NCBI GenBank assembly: GCA_002269645.1 | Contig: NIVC01005178.1 | Span: forward strand, 1-23,559 | Source of the DNA: Macrostomum lignano | Lineage: Eukaryota | Direction: 5' to 3' | DNA length: 23,559 nt | Shown here: in pieces, positions 10,405-22,751 of the stretch | Numbering within the stretch: the first letter of the stretch is position 1 | Layout: each line of letters opens with the position of its first letter | Translations under genes and position numbers: made by a program | The notes under the pieces: generated by a model | Database searches by the model: none | What the model saw: the letters and a program-made list of their open reading frames with translations, nothing else | Told to the model about the DNA's origin: nothing

Positions 10405-11145
10405 TTAACGCGGGTGGAATTTCAGAGTGAACGGTGGTGGAGCTCGAATATCCCCTGGCGTTGTTGGAAGCTCTGCTCCGGCCCCCAGATCTTGGCCAGT
10501 CTCCGATGCCACCTCGATCCCTTCGTACCGCTGCAGCAAGCCGGCTATGATGAGGAACAGCTCCATGCGGGCCAGGCTCTCGCCCAGACACGCTCGCTTG
10601 CCAGTTGAGAATGGCATCACGTGATCGCTGGGCGAGTAGCGACCCTCCCCGTCGAGAAATCTCTCCGGACAGAATCGCTCCGGCTGCGGGAACACTTCGG
10701 CGTTGTTGTTGACGCTGTACTGATTTACAAATGTCAGCGAGTCCTTCGGGATGTCGTAGCCGAGCAAACTGGTGTCCTCCAGAGTCCGGTGCAGGAGTCC
10801 CAGAGGCACAAGACAGGCACAACGATGCACCTCGTCGATGCTGGCCTGCAGATAGTGGCAGACAAGACGGTCCTTCATCGTCGGCGGTCTGTCGAATCCG
10901 ATCTCGCGGCCGACTTCTTCCGAGGCCAGTTGGTAGCAGTGCGGGTTCTGGTGGAACAGCAGCAAAGCCCATCGGATGGTTGTTGTAGTCGTGTCACTGC
11001 CTGCCACAAATAGATCGGCCATTGCCAAGCAGAGTCTGGTGTCGTTGAACAGCCAAGGTTGCTGGCTATTTAGCGGCTTCTTATTGGCTTGTGATGACGA
11101 GTCAGCATCGGCGTCGGAGTCTTCGGTGGACGGGTTTTCGGGTTC
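10405..11145 (-). CDS. Cytochrome P450, CYP2 clan, coding exon 3
   Basis: I-helix DLFVAGSDTT, K-helix EVHR (ExxR), PERF, heme motif FSTGKRACLGESLA. Acceptor TTTCCAG|GAA, phase 0, matches the upstream donor. Confidence 0.96.
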   Translation of the reverse strand, partial: EPENPSTEDSDADADSSSQANKKPLNSQQPWLFNDTRLCLAMADLFVAGSDTTTTTIRWALLLFHQNPHCYQLASEEVGREIGFDRPPTMKDRLVCHYLQASIDEVHRCACLVPLGLLHRTLEDTSLLGYDIPKDSLTFVNQYSVNNNAEVFPQPERFCPERFLDGEGRYSPSDHVMPFSTGKRACLGESLARMELFLIIAGLLQRYEGIEVASETGQDLGAGAELPTTPGDIRAPPPFTLKFHPR

Positions 11146-11503
11146 CTGGAAATTGGGACAGTTGATTTTGGCAAAACTAGAAGAATCAAAGCGATTAAAT
11201 TTAGCCTCACTAGAACAATGAAACTGCCCCAACCAAGTCCTACAAAGCGTTTCTCGACTCACGATGGTCTACTTTTTTTTAAATTGTCATTTGAATGCAA
11301 CAAACTAAAGCGACGCTGAGCCCGCGTGTTTTCTGCAGGAATCCTGACCTATGGTACTCGTACATCGTCAGGAATTCACACCATCTGTGCCATGGGGAAT
11401 GGCTTCAGGTTCTAGTTCAGGAGTCCCAAATTATTGTGACTGCGAACGAAATCTAACCCTGTCAAGAGTGCACATCAAAGACGCTCGAAGCGAGGCTACT
11501 CAC

Positions 11504-11903
11504 CCGCCTGCTGCAGTGCAGCATGTGCGCTTCAATGTAGTCTCTGGGTTGACAGTTCGGCAGAAAATTGTCTCTATGCTCGGCCGTGATGTTCTTACAG
11601 TAGGCCAACAGGTAGAGAAAGTTGTCAAACACTTTTTTAGCTTCGGGCACGTACTGCAGCAACTTCAGGGCCAGTTTCTGTCTGCCACCGCACAGATTCA
11701 GCACGATGAAGAGCGCAAACAGCTCGCTGATGTTGTCCTTCTCCTGCGTCAGTTTGGCGAAGGTGTTCTGCAACAGCTCGAACTTGGAGTCCTCCGACGC
11801 GAGTCGTCGACCAAACAGAAATCGACAGATGACGTTCGACACGGCGGTGCTAATCAGTTTAGAGGAGTCGAATTTTTCGCCGGGCCTCGACTCGATTTCC
11901 TCT
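11504..11903 (-). CDS. Cytochrome P450, CYP2 clan, coding exon 2
   Basis: EEIESRPGEKFDSSKLISTAVSNVIC..PRDYIEAH. Acceptor CTTCCAG|A (phase 2) and donor CGG|GTGAGT (phase 0). Confidence 0.92.
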
Positions 11904-12432
11904 CTGGAAGCAATCATTATTGGCACTGTTTGTGGAACGTGGCTTATACAAACTATGAAGGTCATTGGTTTCACTTTTCCGAAATTTTACTACTGTCAAT
12001 TGTGTTGTCTGAGCTTTCGGAGAACAGAAAACGCTAAAAAGACACTATTTAACTAGACCAAAAATGCAATAATTAGGCTCAGGAAGTCTACGCTTCTTGC
12101 TAAAGAAAACACTGCAACCTTGGAAAGGGAATTTCAGGGCCGGAGAGGAGCACAAATTTGATCAGTTCAGTGCGCTCAAACTGCTGCGTTTGCTCAACCA
12201 GGGACTAGCAGCTATAGATTCAATTACTGCTGCCTCTGACTCTGGCTGCCTGACCATTGATCGGAGTTTGCCAAGGAAATATTATCCTCAATCAGTCAGT
12301 CAGACCTGACCTGCATTGCTATGACTGTGTGCTGTAATTTTGACTGGCTGCACCTGTCTCGGAGCTGCCCGTCTGCCTGGGCGCTGATGACCTTTTATAG
12401 CTTGCTTTATAGGAAGCAGTGTGAGGCCATTG

Positions 12433-13136
<704 letters not shown>

Positions 13137-13164
13137 TAGTTCTTCTCGTTACGTTATTACCAAC

Positions 13165-13664
13165 CTCATCAGTTGAGCCTCCTCCAAAATGCTGGCCTCA
13201 GTAAAGGACTTCCCAAATCCGAAGTCTCTCAGCGTTCGCAGAGTGAATCGCCGGTAGTCTCTCCAGATGGGCCCGTCGATGAAGACCAGGCCGCCGGTCT
13301 CCCCCACCAGACTGTCGCCCAGCAGCTTGGGCCGGCCCGCAAACACCTCGGCCTGAGCTGAGTAGGCCTCCCGGATCGCCCTAGCGGAATTCAGGCAGTA
13401 CACTCGCTGACTGCCGAAGTACAGCAGGACAACATCGTTTCTAGAAAATTTCTCGGCCAAAAATTTGTACAACGGATGCCGGACGTGAAGCAGGCTGCCC
13501 AATAGAGGGAAACTTCCCGGACTGGGAGCTTCGATTAGGCGACGGGTTCGGCGCCTTGAACTAAACTTACCATTCTGGACTGATCCACTTCCGGTGTAGC
13601 GTCTCAACAGTAGGACAAGGCCCAACAGACTTGCTAGCGCGAGCAGAGCAGATACTAGAAACAT
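13165..13664 (-). CDS. Cytochrome P450, CYP2 clan, coding exon 1
   Basis: N-terminal membrane anchor MFLVSALLALASLLGLVLLL, basic stretch, PSPGSFPLLG proline hinge, FAGRP, WRDYR (WxxxR), LRDFGFGK, EEAQLM. Donor AG|GTTGGT, phase 2. The joined CDS is 1641 nt (546 aa). Confidence 0.93.
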
Positions 13665-14660
13665 TATTGCACTCACTGTTACTGAGCAACCGGTGTTGTC
13701 TCTACAGGTCAAGTCGCATCTAGCTTATATATACAGCTGAATTCATGGTTGCCAACTCGTGTCGTACTTTTGGTGCAAACTGAACTTAAGTAAGTCCTTC
13801 TTGTGTCACATAACCATAACTTTTAGCTTGTTTGTGCTACTCGTATGTGGATTCGTGGACGGCCATGCAAAGTGTCCGAGCACTTGAGTGCTTTCATTTT
13901 TGCTTGTTGTTTTCAGCATTTCGAACTATAGCTAGGAATGCGAACTTGAAAGAAGAAAATAGACCAACCAGATATTGCGGTAGACAGAATTATCAGATTG
14001 AATCTGAGGCGCAAGTCTTGCTTTTTCACTTTCTAAACTAAAAAGGTGAAATATTGTTACCCATTTTAATAGGAAAATCCAGAAAACAAAACTTATAAGG
14101 TGGAATTTGTCATTCTGCCGAAATAACTGGATGAGACCGGACCTGGGGGGGGGGGGGGGCGTGACAGCCACTTAAGGAAAGAGGCGGTGCTCAAGAACTT
14201 GAGAACGGCCGAACTCGGCTCGACTATAGCGATAATTTTTAAAAGAAAGATTTTGAAATAGTAAGATAGCAATGACCAGCTGATAGCAACCATGTTAGGG
14301 GGAATTTCGGTGCAGCCGAACTACTAGTACATTAACTTGAGCTTACGAACTTACCTACGAGCATTTGAAACACTGTTCTTTTTGAAGAATTCCATCACAG
14401 TTCCATTGCTGCGTGAAGAAAATGTCATGTTCCATAATATTATTCGAATATGCATTGAATTTTTTAAACGGTTTCGGCACTTTTATTTTAGTATATAATT
14501 TCAGAGATTATAGGTTTTGTACATAGCAGCTGAAAGAAATTCAATATGTCTGATCTTTCTCATCCAATTCTCAGTGTTCGTTCGTTTAGGAACCACCATC
14601 AAGCTATGGTGATGAATATCAGATGCCCAGAGGCTGCTTTCTAAAGACCCTGACAGCCTA

Positions 14661-14700
14661 TTTTGTTTGTTGTTGTTGTTTGTTTGTTGTTGTTACTGTT
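14661..14700. repeat. (GTT)n-like low-complexity tract
   Basis: TTTTGTTTGTTGTTGTTGTTTGTTTGTTGTTGTT. Confidence 0.8.
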
Positions 14701-15491
14701 TTGGTTGTATGATGTATGATTTCTCGACCTCAATTGACCCTCATGTCAACAAAATACATACATAAAGATCATAAATGCATCATATTATTAACGTTTTCAT
14801 AGCGTATTTTCGACTAAGTGCAGTAGTTTTCTTACTCAAAGTATTGAAAGATCGCCTCTGCAATGCCACTGGGGAATCTCTACACTAGTATATGGACTTA
14901 GCAATACATCACTTTCGCTGAATATACACTCAGCTCTGGACAAAATGAATAATAAATCAAATCATCGGTGAATAAGGAAAATTAAACGCCAGGATTTTCT
15001 GGGGAGGCAAGAGTAAAGAAAAAGAGGATAGCCCCCCTAGAGAGGACGCTATTGCGAGAGCTGCGAAGGCAAGAAAGTGAGAAATAGAAGTGCGCCTTTC
15101 AGTTTGACTGAACATTCTGTTAATTTCGTCAGAGTTTTTTAACCCAAGAGGAACACTACTAGCTATATAGTAAATACAAGGCGATCCTTCCATTTTATCT
15201 TAGTAAACAAGTGTGAAATGAATGCAAAACGTTAATCTTAGCAAAAGCCGTTCATAAAACATTATGTTTCGAATCTCCAGTCATTTTTTCGGCATACTCG
15301 TTTCATTTCGAATTCGGAAGCCCCAAAAAAGTTAAGAGATTGGGAATTTAGTACTATAATAAAAATTTGAAAGCTTCCCTAGCTGCTTCAATTTGTCAAA
15401 CAATAATCTAAAATTGAGTGTACATGCAGTTCTTCCTTTTCAAGCTGTTACAAGCTGAAAATTCACAATTGTACATCTAAGTTGTGACTTT

Positions 15492-17455
15492 CAGGGGCTT
15501 CGTCACCGGGGGCTAAAATGAGTGCCTGCGGCGCTAAAATGAGTGCCTGCGGCGCTAAAATGAGTGCCTGCGGCGCTAAAATGAGTGCCTGCGGCGCTAA
15601 AATGAGTGCCTGCGGCGCTAAAATGAGTGCCTGCGGCGCTAAAATGAGTGCCTGCGGCGCTAAAATGAGTGCCTGCGGCGCTAAAATGAGTGCCTGTGGC
15701 GCCAAAATGAGTGCCTGCGGCGCTAAAATGAGTGCCTCCGACGCTAAAATGAGTGCCTGCGACGCTAAAATGAGTGCCTCCGACGCTAAAATGAGTGCCT
15801 CCGACGCTAAAATGAGTGCCTGTGGCGCTAAAATGAGTGCCTGCGGCGCTAAAATGAGTGCCTCCGACGCTAAAATGAGTGCCTGTGGCGCTAAAATGAG
15901 CGCCTGTGGCGCTAAAATGAGTGTCTGCGGTGCTGAAATGAGTGCCTGCGGCGCTAAAATGATTGCCTGCAGCGCTAAAATGAGTGCCTGTGGCGCTAAA
16001 ATGAGTGCCTGCGGCGCTAAAATGATTGCCTGCAGCGCTAAAATGAGTGCCTGTGGCGCTAAAATGAGTGCCTGTGGCGCTAAAATGAGTGCCTCCGACG
16101 CTAAAATGAGTGCCTGTGGCGCTAAAATGAGTGCCTGCGGCGCTAAAATGAGTGCCTCCGACGCTAAAATGAGTGCCTGCAGCGCTAAAATGAGTGCCTC
16201 CGACGCTAAAATGAGTGCCTCCGACGCTAAAATGAGTGCCTGTGGCGCTAAAATGAGTGCCTGCGACGCTAAAATGAGTGCCTGCGGCGCTAAAATGAGT
16301 GCCTGCGGCGCTAAAATGAGTGCCTGCGACGCTAAAATGAGTGCCTCCGACGCTAAAATGAGTGCCTCCGACGCTAAAATGAGTGCCTGTGGCGCTAAAA
16401 TGAGTGCCTGCGGCGCTAAAATGAGTGCCTCCGACGCTAAAATGAGTGCCTGTGGCGCTAAAATGAGCGCCTGTGGCGCTAAAATGAGTGTCTGCGGTGC
16501 TGAAATGAGTGCCTGCGGCGCTAAAATGATTGCCTGCAGCGCTAAAATGAGTGCCTGTGGCGCTAAAATGAGTGCCTGCGGCGCTAAAATGATTGCCTGC
16601 AGCGCTAAAATGAGTGCCTGTGGCGCTAAAATGAGTGCCTGCGGCGCTAAAATGAGTGCCTGCGGCGCTAAAATGAGTGCCTGTGGCGCTAAAATGAGTG
16701 CCTCCGACGCTAAAATGAGTGCCTGTGGCGCTAAAATGAGTGCCTGCGGCGCTAAAATGAGTGCCTCCGACGCTAAAATGAGTGCCTGTGGCGCTAAAAT
16801 GAGTGCCTGCGGCGCTAGAATGAGTGCCTGTGGCGCTAAAATGAGTGCCTCCGACGCTAAAATGAGTGCCTGTGGCGCTAAAATGAGTGCCTGCGGCGCT
16901 AAAATGAGTGCCTGCGGCGCTAAAATGAGTGCCTGCGGCGCTAAAATGATTGCCTGCGGCGCTAAAATGAGTGCCTGTGGCGCTAAAATGATTGCCTGCG
17001 GCGCTAAAATGAGTGCCTGCGGCGCTAAAATGAGTGCCTGCAGTGCTAAAATGAGTGCCTGCAGTGCTAAAATGAGTGCCTGCAGTGCTAAAATGAGTGC
17101 CTGCAGTGCTAAAATGAGTGCCTGCGGCGCTAACATGAGTGCCTGCAGTGCTAAAATGAGTGCCTGTGGCGCTAAAATGAGTGTCTGCGGTGCTAAAATG
17201 AGTGCCTGCGGCGCTAAAATGAGTGCTTGCGGCGCTAAAATGAGTGCCTGTGGCGCTAAAATGAGTGCGCTAAAATGAGTGCCTGCGGCGCTAAAATGAG
17301 TGCCTGCAAAGCTAAAATGAGTGCCTGCGGCGCTAAAATGAGTGCCTGCGGCGCTAAAATGAGCGCTGACAATAGCGATTCTGTTAATAATGTACATGTA
17401 CATGTAGAATTCTTGGCTTTGTCCCCCTGTCATAAAATCCATTACGACGCCCCTG
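15492..17455 (+). mobile_element. hAT-like non-autonomous element, copy 2 (left arm mostly missing, expanded array)
   Basis: Right end CATAAAATCCATTACGACGCCCCTG matches copy 1; right arm 17365-17455 is homologous to 20810-20930 (reverse complement). Left end CAGGGGCTTCGTCACCGGGGG runs directly into the array. No TSD (GTGACTTT vs CTGGAGAC). Confidence 0.75.
15511..17363 (+). repeat. 21-bp minisatellite, about 88 units, with a 567-bp higher-order duplication
   Basis: Same unit as 4061-4487. The diagnostic variant GCTGAAATG occurs at 15932 and 16499 (567 = 27 x 21). Confidence 0.98.
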
Positions 17456-17571
17456 CTGGAGACCGACATGACAGCAGAAATTTAATTTCTAAATTCGGCG
17501 TGCTTCACAAGTGGCGTAACTTTCATGGTCCCATATAATATACATGTATATAGCCAATATATACCCAAGTG

Positions 17572-17740
17572 GGAATTTTAGCCTGGCGGTTAGAGCGTCG
17601 GAGTCACGACTGAACAGTCGGGGGTTCGATTCTTGACCCACTTGGAACTATTTGTGTCCTTGAGCATGAAGACACTTAACTCTGCATTGCTTCAGCTTGC
17701 ACCCAGCTGTAAAATCGGTGCCAGCATTTAATTTGGGTAA
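17572..17740 (+). mobile_element. tRNA-derived CORE-like SINE, copy 2 (3'-truncated, diverged)
   Basis: TAGCCTGGCGG A box, GGTTCGATTC B box and GTGTCCTTGAGCA..GACACTTAACTCTGCATTGCTTCAG..CAGCTGTAAAAT, colinear with 9781-9940. Confidence 0.85.
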
Positions 17741-19864
17741 TAGTTATGGAGATAATACTAGTAATAATTATTACTAAGGACTACTAGACGTAACAGCGTT
17801 ATAAAAATACACTAATTCAATATGTTTAACAATCTCTAGAAAGCTTTTGACAACTTAATAATAAGATTTCACTTAATTGCAGTAGTGTAATTTTACATGG
17901 GTCAAAACATTTGCGTTCAATTAACAAGCTTTTAATTGCAGTCAACATCAACTAAAGAACAGGTGTATTAACACTGATTTTTTCACTCAAGCAATTGGTG
18001 TGTAGCGATGTTGCTTCAAAAGAACCATAATACGAGAATGAAAGTGCTTCTGCAAAAAGTCTACAAAGTATGGTATGGTATATAACAGGACCATTGGTTC
18101 AGTGGGGCAGGATGTGCCCTCGCATAGCGTTGTGTGCAGTGTGGTTGCCGTGAACGAATTGAATCAATACAATTATGGGCTTTATTTGCCATCGGCTGCT
18201 AAGTTAAGTCAACTTTACTCTGAACAACTCTCTTCTACGAAGAACCTCTTTCTCTCTGTCTGCTCTCGATCGTTCAATTTTTCGTCTGTATTGACATTTT
18301 TAACCAAATTTTACCAAATTTCCTAAGTTTCTTAACTTTCTACTAATCAGTAGAGCGAATTGCAAATATTTTAGTTTGGATCGAAACTCGATCTGCAGAA
18401 ACCGCAAAAGCCTTAATTGCACAGTTGGTATAATCCTCGCTTAAAAAGAGTACATGTAAATCCCTGAAATAATAAACAAGGTGTATGCATGTAGCAATCT
18501 GCTTTTATCTAATGCATGCGCGTAGAGCGAAAAATGCTGCTTCCGCTTGTGCATGTTAAACTTTAAAAATTTGTTTATCTGCTGTTGGTCATTACTTATT
18601 AAACTACTTTCTTTTGATACGTGGATTTTTCTGATAATTATTTTATTTTACCGAATCTGAATCCCCGAATCTAAATAAAGTACAATTGACATATAAACAG
18701 ACAGTGCTATATACAGTTTATTTACGTTATGAGTATCGAGATACGCATGTAGTCCAAGTAGTGAAAAGTTACAGTACATGAAAAATAAAATAAAACTTCG
18801 CTGCATTCGTGTACGGAAAATCATTAAAACAAAATAAGAAAACAATATTTTCGGTACTAAATTTTGTTTCGGTGTATTTCTTATTTTCTGGTACCATCAT
18901 GCAGCTAATATCCTAAATTTAAAAGAACCGTGACATGTACATATATAATTAATCTGAATTGTAGAAAAAACATTATTAGGTAAAGTTTTTAGTTTTAGCT
19001 ATGCTTAACATGCCATATTGCCAGCTAACACAAGAACATTTCAACATTTGACAGTTTTATATGTATGCTCGAAACTTTTACAGTCAATGGCTTGATACGC
19101 ATACAGTTTTTAAGGTGTGCTATTTTGTGATTAATAAATGTGAATCAATATTTGATCGTCGTCCCTTGCCACACGTCTTAAAATATTGAAATGCGATAAT
19201 TAGCTAGTTTTTTAAAATCGGGAATAGGTTCATTAACAAACCTCGAGTTAATCGTGAGTTTCGACGCCCATATGCAGATAAACAAAAAACCCGGCACAAA
19301 AATGAACGTTATAACGACCAACTTAGAAACATGAAAATTAAAGAACTAAACCACTTACTGCGGACAGCTGCATTTATCAAAACCGATTTGAACTTTAACG
19401 CTGATGATACATACATGTAGTAAAGGATATGCATTCTTTTGATTGGAATTCTTCTTTTAAATGTTTTGGGGAAACTGCTAGGGTTTTTACAAGATATGGA
19501 GCTAGACTACAATTAATATCAAAAGGAACAATATGTGTGCTGCAGACGCAAAATGTTCTGTATTTAAATACGGGAATTGGAATGAAGAAGCTGATAGCTA
19601 CAATGTTCAATAACGATTCAGTACTGTACATGCAGTTTTAACCCGCAAAGAGAATATTTTTGTGTCAATTACACATCTGAAACGCTTAGAAAGATTTTTT
19701 CAGTTTTGATTGTCGAAACTTCAGCTGAATTAATACAATATCAAATATTAGATTTGATTAGATTGGAAGCCGCACAGTTTTCAAGGTGCATGTGGTTGTG
19801 TCAGCAGTGGTTTCTTATCAAGTTTTTACCATGCTTGTTGATAATTTGTCTGTGCTTGGCTGAT

Positions 19865-20561
19865 CTACGTCTGCACCTGCCTGAAGATGGCCTCCCTAGC
19901 TGGCATCGGCAGGTGTCTGGCCGAGAGTCCGGCCACGTGTCTCAATCTGTCCGGCTTGCGCGCCATCAGGTCGGCCGATTTGCGCAAAAATCTCCGATTT
20001 GTGAGGGCGATAATCACAAAGTTGAAGTAGGAATCGGCTATGATAAATAGATTGCCAACAACTCGACTGATCACCACCTTGGCTGTCTCCTCGCCCGAGT
20101 CTAGCGCGGCCAGAACCGTAGTCGGAACCTCGCACTGGGCAAAAATCAGAGCGACTAGCATCACGCGCAGCACCGCCCTGGCTGAGACCTGCGGTCGACC
20201 GTTGCCGTTTCCCGTCGCAGTCGCTCCGCTGACGCTCTCGAAGGCGCTGCTGTCGCCGCGAGTGATGACGCCGCGAACTCTCTGTGACAGGGACAACCTG
20301 CGCAATTGGCTGCCGCCGCCTCCGCCGCTGCTACCGCTTGGAGCTGTCAAATCGTCAGACGTCAACAACCGATGACCGGCTTTGTGACGCAACAGCCTCC
20401 AGGAGATCACTAGGGAGATGGTGAAAGCTAGGCTGGCTGGTACAGGACCTTGCAGAGCGAATATTACAGCATGAATTGTGTCGTGATTGTGCGACAGCAG
20501 CTGGATGTAGTGCGGAATCAGGTCCGTTCTCACGTAGATGTTGACTGCTTCGGCTGAGAAT
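19865..20561 (-). CDS. Divergent class A orphan GPCR, coding exon 2 (ECL2 to C-terminus, TM5-TM7)
   Basis: LQGPVP (TM5), Gly/Ser-rich ICL3, FAQCEVP (TM6), ADSYFNFVIIALTNRRF (TM7/H8). Acceptor CCCAACCAG|A, phase 2, matches the donor at 22751. Confidence 0.85.
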
Positions 20562-20809
20562 CTGGTTGGGATTTGAAGGCGTTTAAGGAGGCTGTTGGCT
20601 AGTTTGTTGAGTTTATGATACAGAAAAACCTGAATTTCTATTCTTGATGCTTTGAAGATGGCTCGATAATTGTCATAAGCTCTCGCTGGCTAAATCCTTG
20701 ATTTCTTACAGACTTGACGTTTGCCAGAAAGCAAATTTTCTTATTTTTCTTTCACCTTAGCAGAACGGTACCGAGATTGCATGAGCAGCTCATTAACGAT
20801 AATTTAAAC

Positions 20810-21733
20810 CATGAGGGCTCGCTATGGTTTTCATGGTGAGGGAAGGGGGAAGCCAAGAATTCGACATGTACATACATGAATAAATTCCTACATGTACATT
20901 ATTTTCAGAATCCGTGTTATCAGCTCTTATTTAGCGAAGGCATTCATTTTGGCGCCGCAGGCATTCATTTTAGCGTCGCAGGCACTCATTTTAGCGCCGC
21001 AGGCACTCATTTTAGCGCCGCAGGCACTCATTTTAGCGCCGCAGGCACTCATTTTAGCACCGCAGGCACTCATTTTAGCGTCGGAGGCAATTATTTTAGC
21101 GCCGCAGGCACTCATTTTAGCACTGCAGGCACTCATTTTAGCGCCACAGGCACTCATTTTAGCACTGCAGGCACTCATTTTGGCTCCGCAGGCACTCATT
21201 TTAGCGCCGCAGGCACTCATTTTAGCGCCGCAGGCACTCATTTTGGCTCCGCAGGCACTCATTTTAGCGCCGCAGGCACTCATTTTAACGCCGCAGGCAC
21301 TCATTTTAGCACCACAGACACTCATTTTAGCTCCGCAGGCACTCATTTTAGCGCCGCAGGCACTCATTTTGGCTCCGCAGGCACTCATTTTAGCGCCGCA
21401 GGCACTCATTTTAACGCCGCAGGCACTCATTTTAGCACCACAGACACTCATTTTAGCTCCGCAGGCACTCATTTTAGCGCCGCAGGCACTCATTTTAACG
21501 CCGCAGGCACTCATTTTAGCACCACAGACACTCATTTTAGCTCCGCAGGCACTCATTTTAGCGCCGCAGGCACTCATTTTAACGCCGCAGGCACTCATTT
21601 TGGCGCCCTGAATCAAAATTATTTATTTTTATACCGGGTCACAAGTTGGAGTGTGGGGAGGTCGACAAAGCATTGGCATGTCCCCCATAGCTTTTACTGG
21701 GGAGTACATGTCCCCCCCGTGGTGACGCCCCTG
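20810..21733 (-). mobile_element. hAT-like non-autonomous element, copy 3, in the GPCR intron
   Basis: Terminus CAGGGGCGTCACCACGG (reverse complement of 21717-21733) and a degenerate opposite terminus CATGAGGGCTCGCTATGG at 20810. Flanks ATTTAAAC (20802-20809) and GTTTAAAC (21734-21741) match at 7 of 8 positions. Confidence 0.82.
20930..21608 (-). repeat. 21-bp minisatellite, about 32 units, reverse orientation
   Basis: Reverse complement of the same unit; the ACCACAGACA variant recurs at 21311, 21437 and 21521. Confidence 0.97.
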
Positions 21734-22751
21734 GTTTAAACTGCAGCCAAAAAAACACACTACCCACTACATGTGAAAAGATCCACTAACTCCGCTCGTA
21801 GCTGAAGGAGAGCTCAAATAAACAAGAATTATTAACGGCTGTTGGAAAACACGCCACTTAGAATTTAGGTGACACTTGTGGTTGGGATCCAATTAATTAC
21901 ACAATAATGCCCACGTGTTGTACGGCAAAATTCTAGTCAGATTAACAAATCTTTTTTTACGATTACTAAAGCGCTACAGAAATTTCTGACCTCATTGTGT
22001 TTGCGGCCTCACGAAAATATATTGATTCATGCGACCATTGATCTGCGGGTCTGCCAGGGCAAACTGCCAACTTTTTGGGAGTCTTCCCATTTCCTATCTA
22101 CTTCTTGGGGCTAAAAAAGGAATTAAGGAACAAGTTAAATCAATTGTATGGTGGATTGACTGGAAGGATTAGGCTTGCAGCCATATATTATTGCATTGTA
22201 TTGCCTTCTCTGTATTCAACTGATTTTCCTATAAAGAAAAAGGATCTAATGTATTTCTAAGAAAATCCGCATAGTCTCAAGAACCTCCTTCGTTCTTCCT
22301 ACACCCACACATAAGTTGAAATTTTGTTTTAATTATTTCGCATTTAATGTGGATCAGTCTTAGAGGACGAAATTCTTCAAAAAATCTGCAAAGATCGAAG
22401 AGTTTTTTCTGACGTCAGTCACTGCAAACCAAATGCTTTGAAGTTCTGTACTGTAAAGTGCAATTTGCTGCGGATTGACAATAAAAGTTTTTCCCACTTG
22501 ACACTTCTAGCGATCTGCTGACGTGTAGCAAGCAGCGCAGCGGTAGGCAACACACGTCATCGCAAAAACTGTCAATCTGTCATAACAATGCATTTGGTTA
22601 CTTGCTAGGTTTAGATTTAAGCCATGACGTCCTGACGTTTGTGCACGCAATTACGATAGAGCTTCAAGCATTGAAGTACTTTTACCTGACGGAAAATTTC
22701 TTCTATGATCAGGCTATGATCAATATCATACTCAAGCAGGCCTGCTCTTAC

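Noticed and set aside
11351-12037. 228-aa plus-strand ORF, and other ORFs overlapping the CYP and GPCR exons (e.g. 7986-8807, 10364-10972, 10621-11013)
   Set aside because: Antisense or alternative-frame shadows of GC-rich coding exons, with no recognisable motifs.
12385-12420. Hammerhead ribozyme-like CTGATGA (also about 19401)
   Set aside because: No proper stem II followed by GAAA and no stems I/III could be built.
15484-17463. TSD for element copy 2
   Set aside because: Flanks GTGACTTT and CTGGAGAC do not match; the left end appears rearranged.
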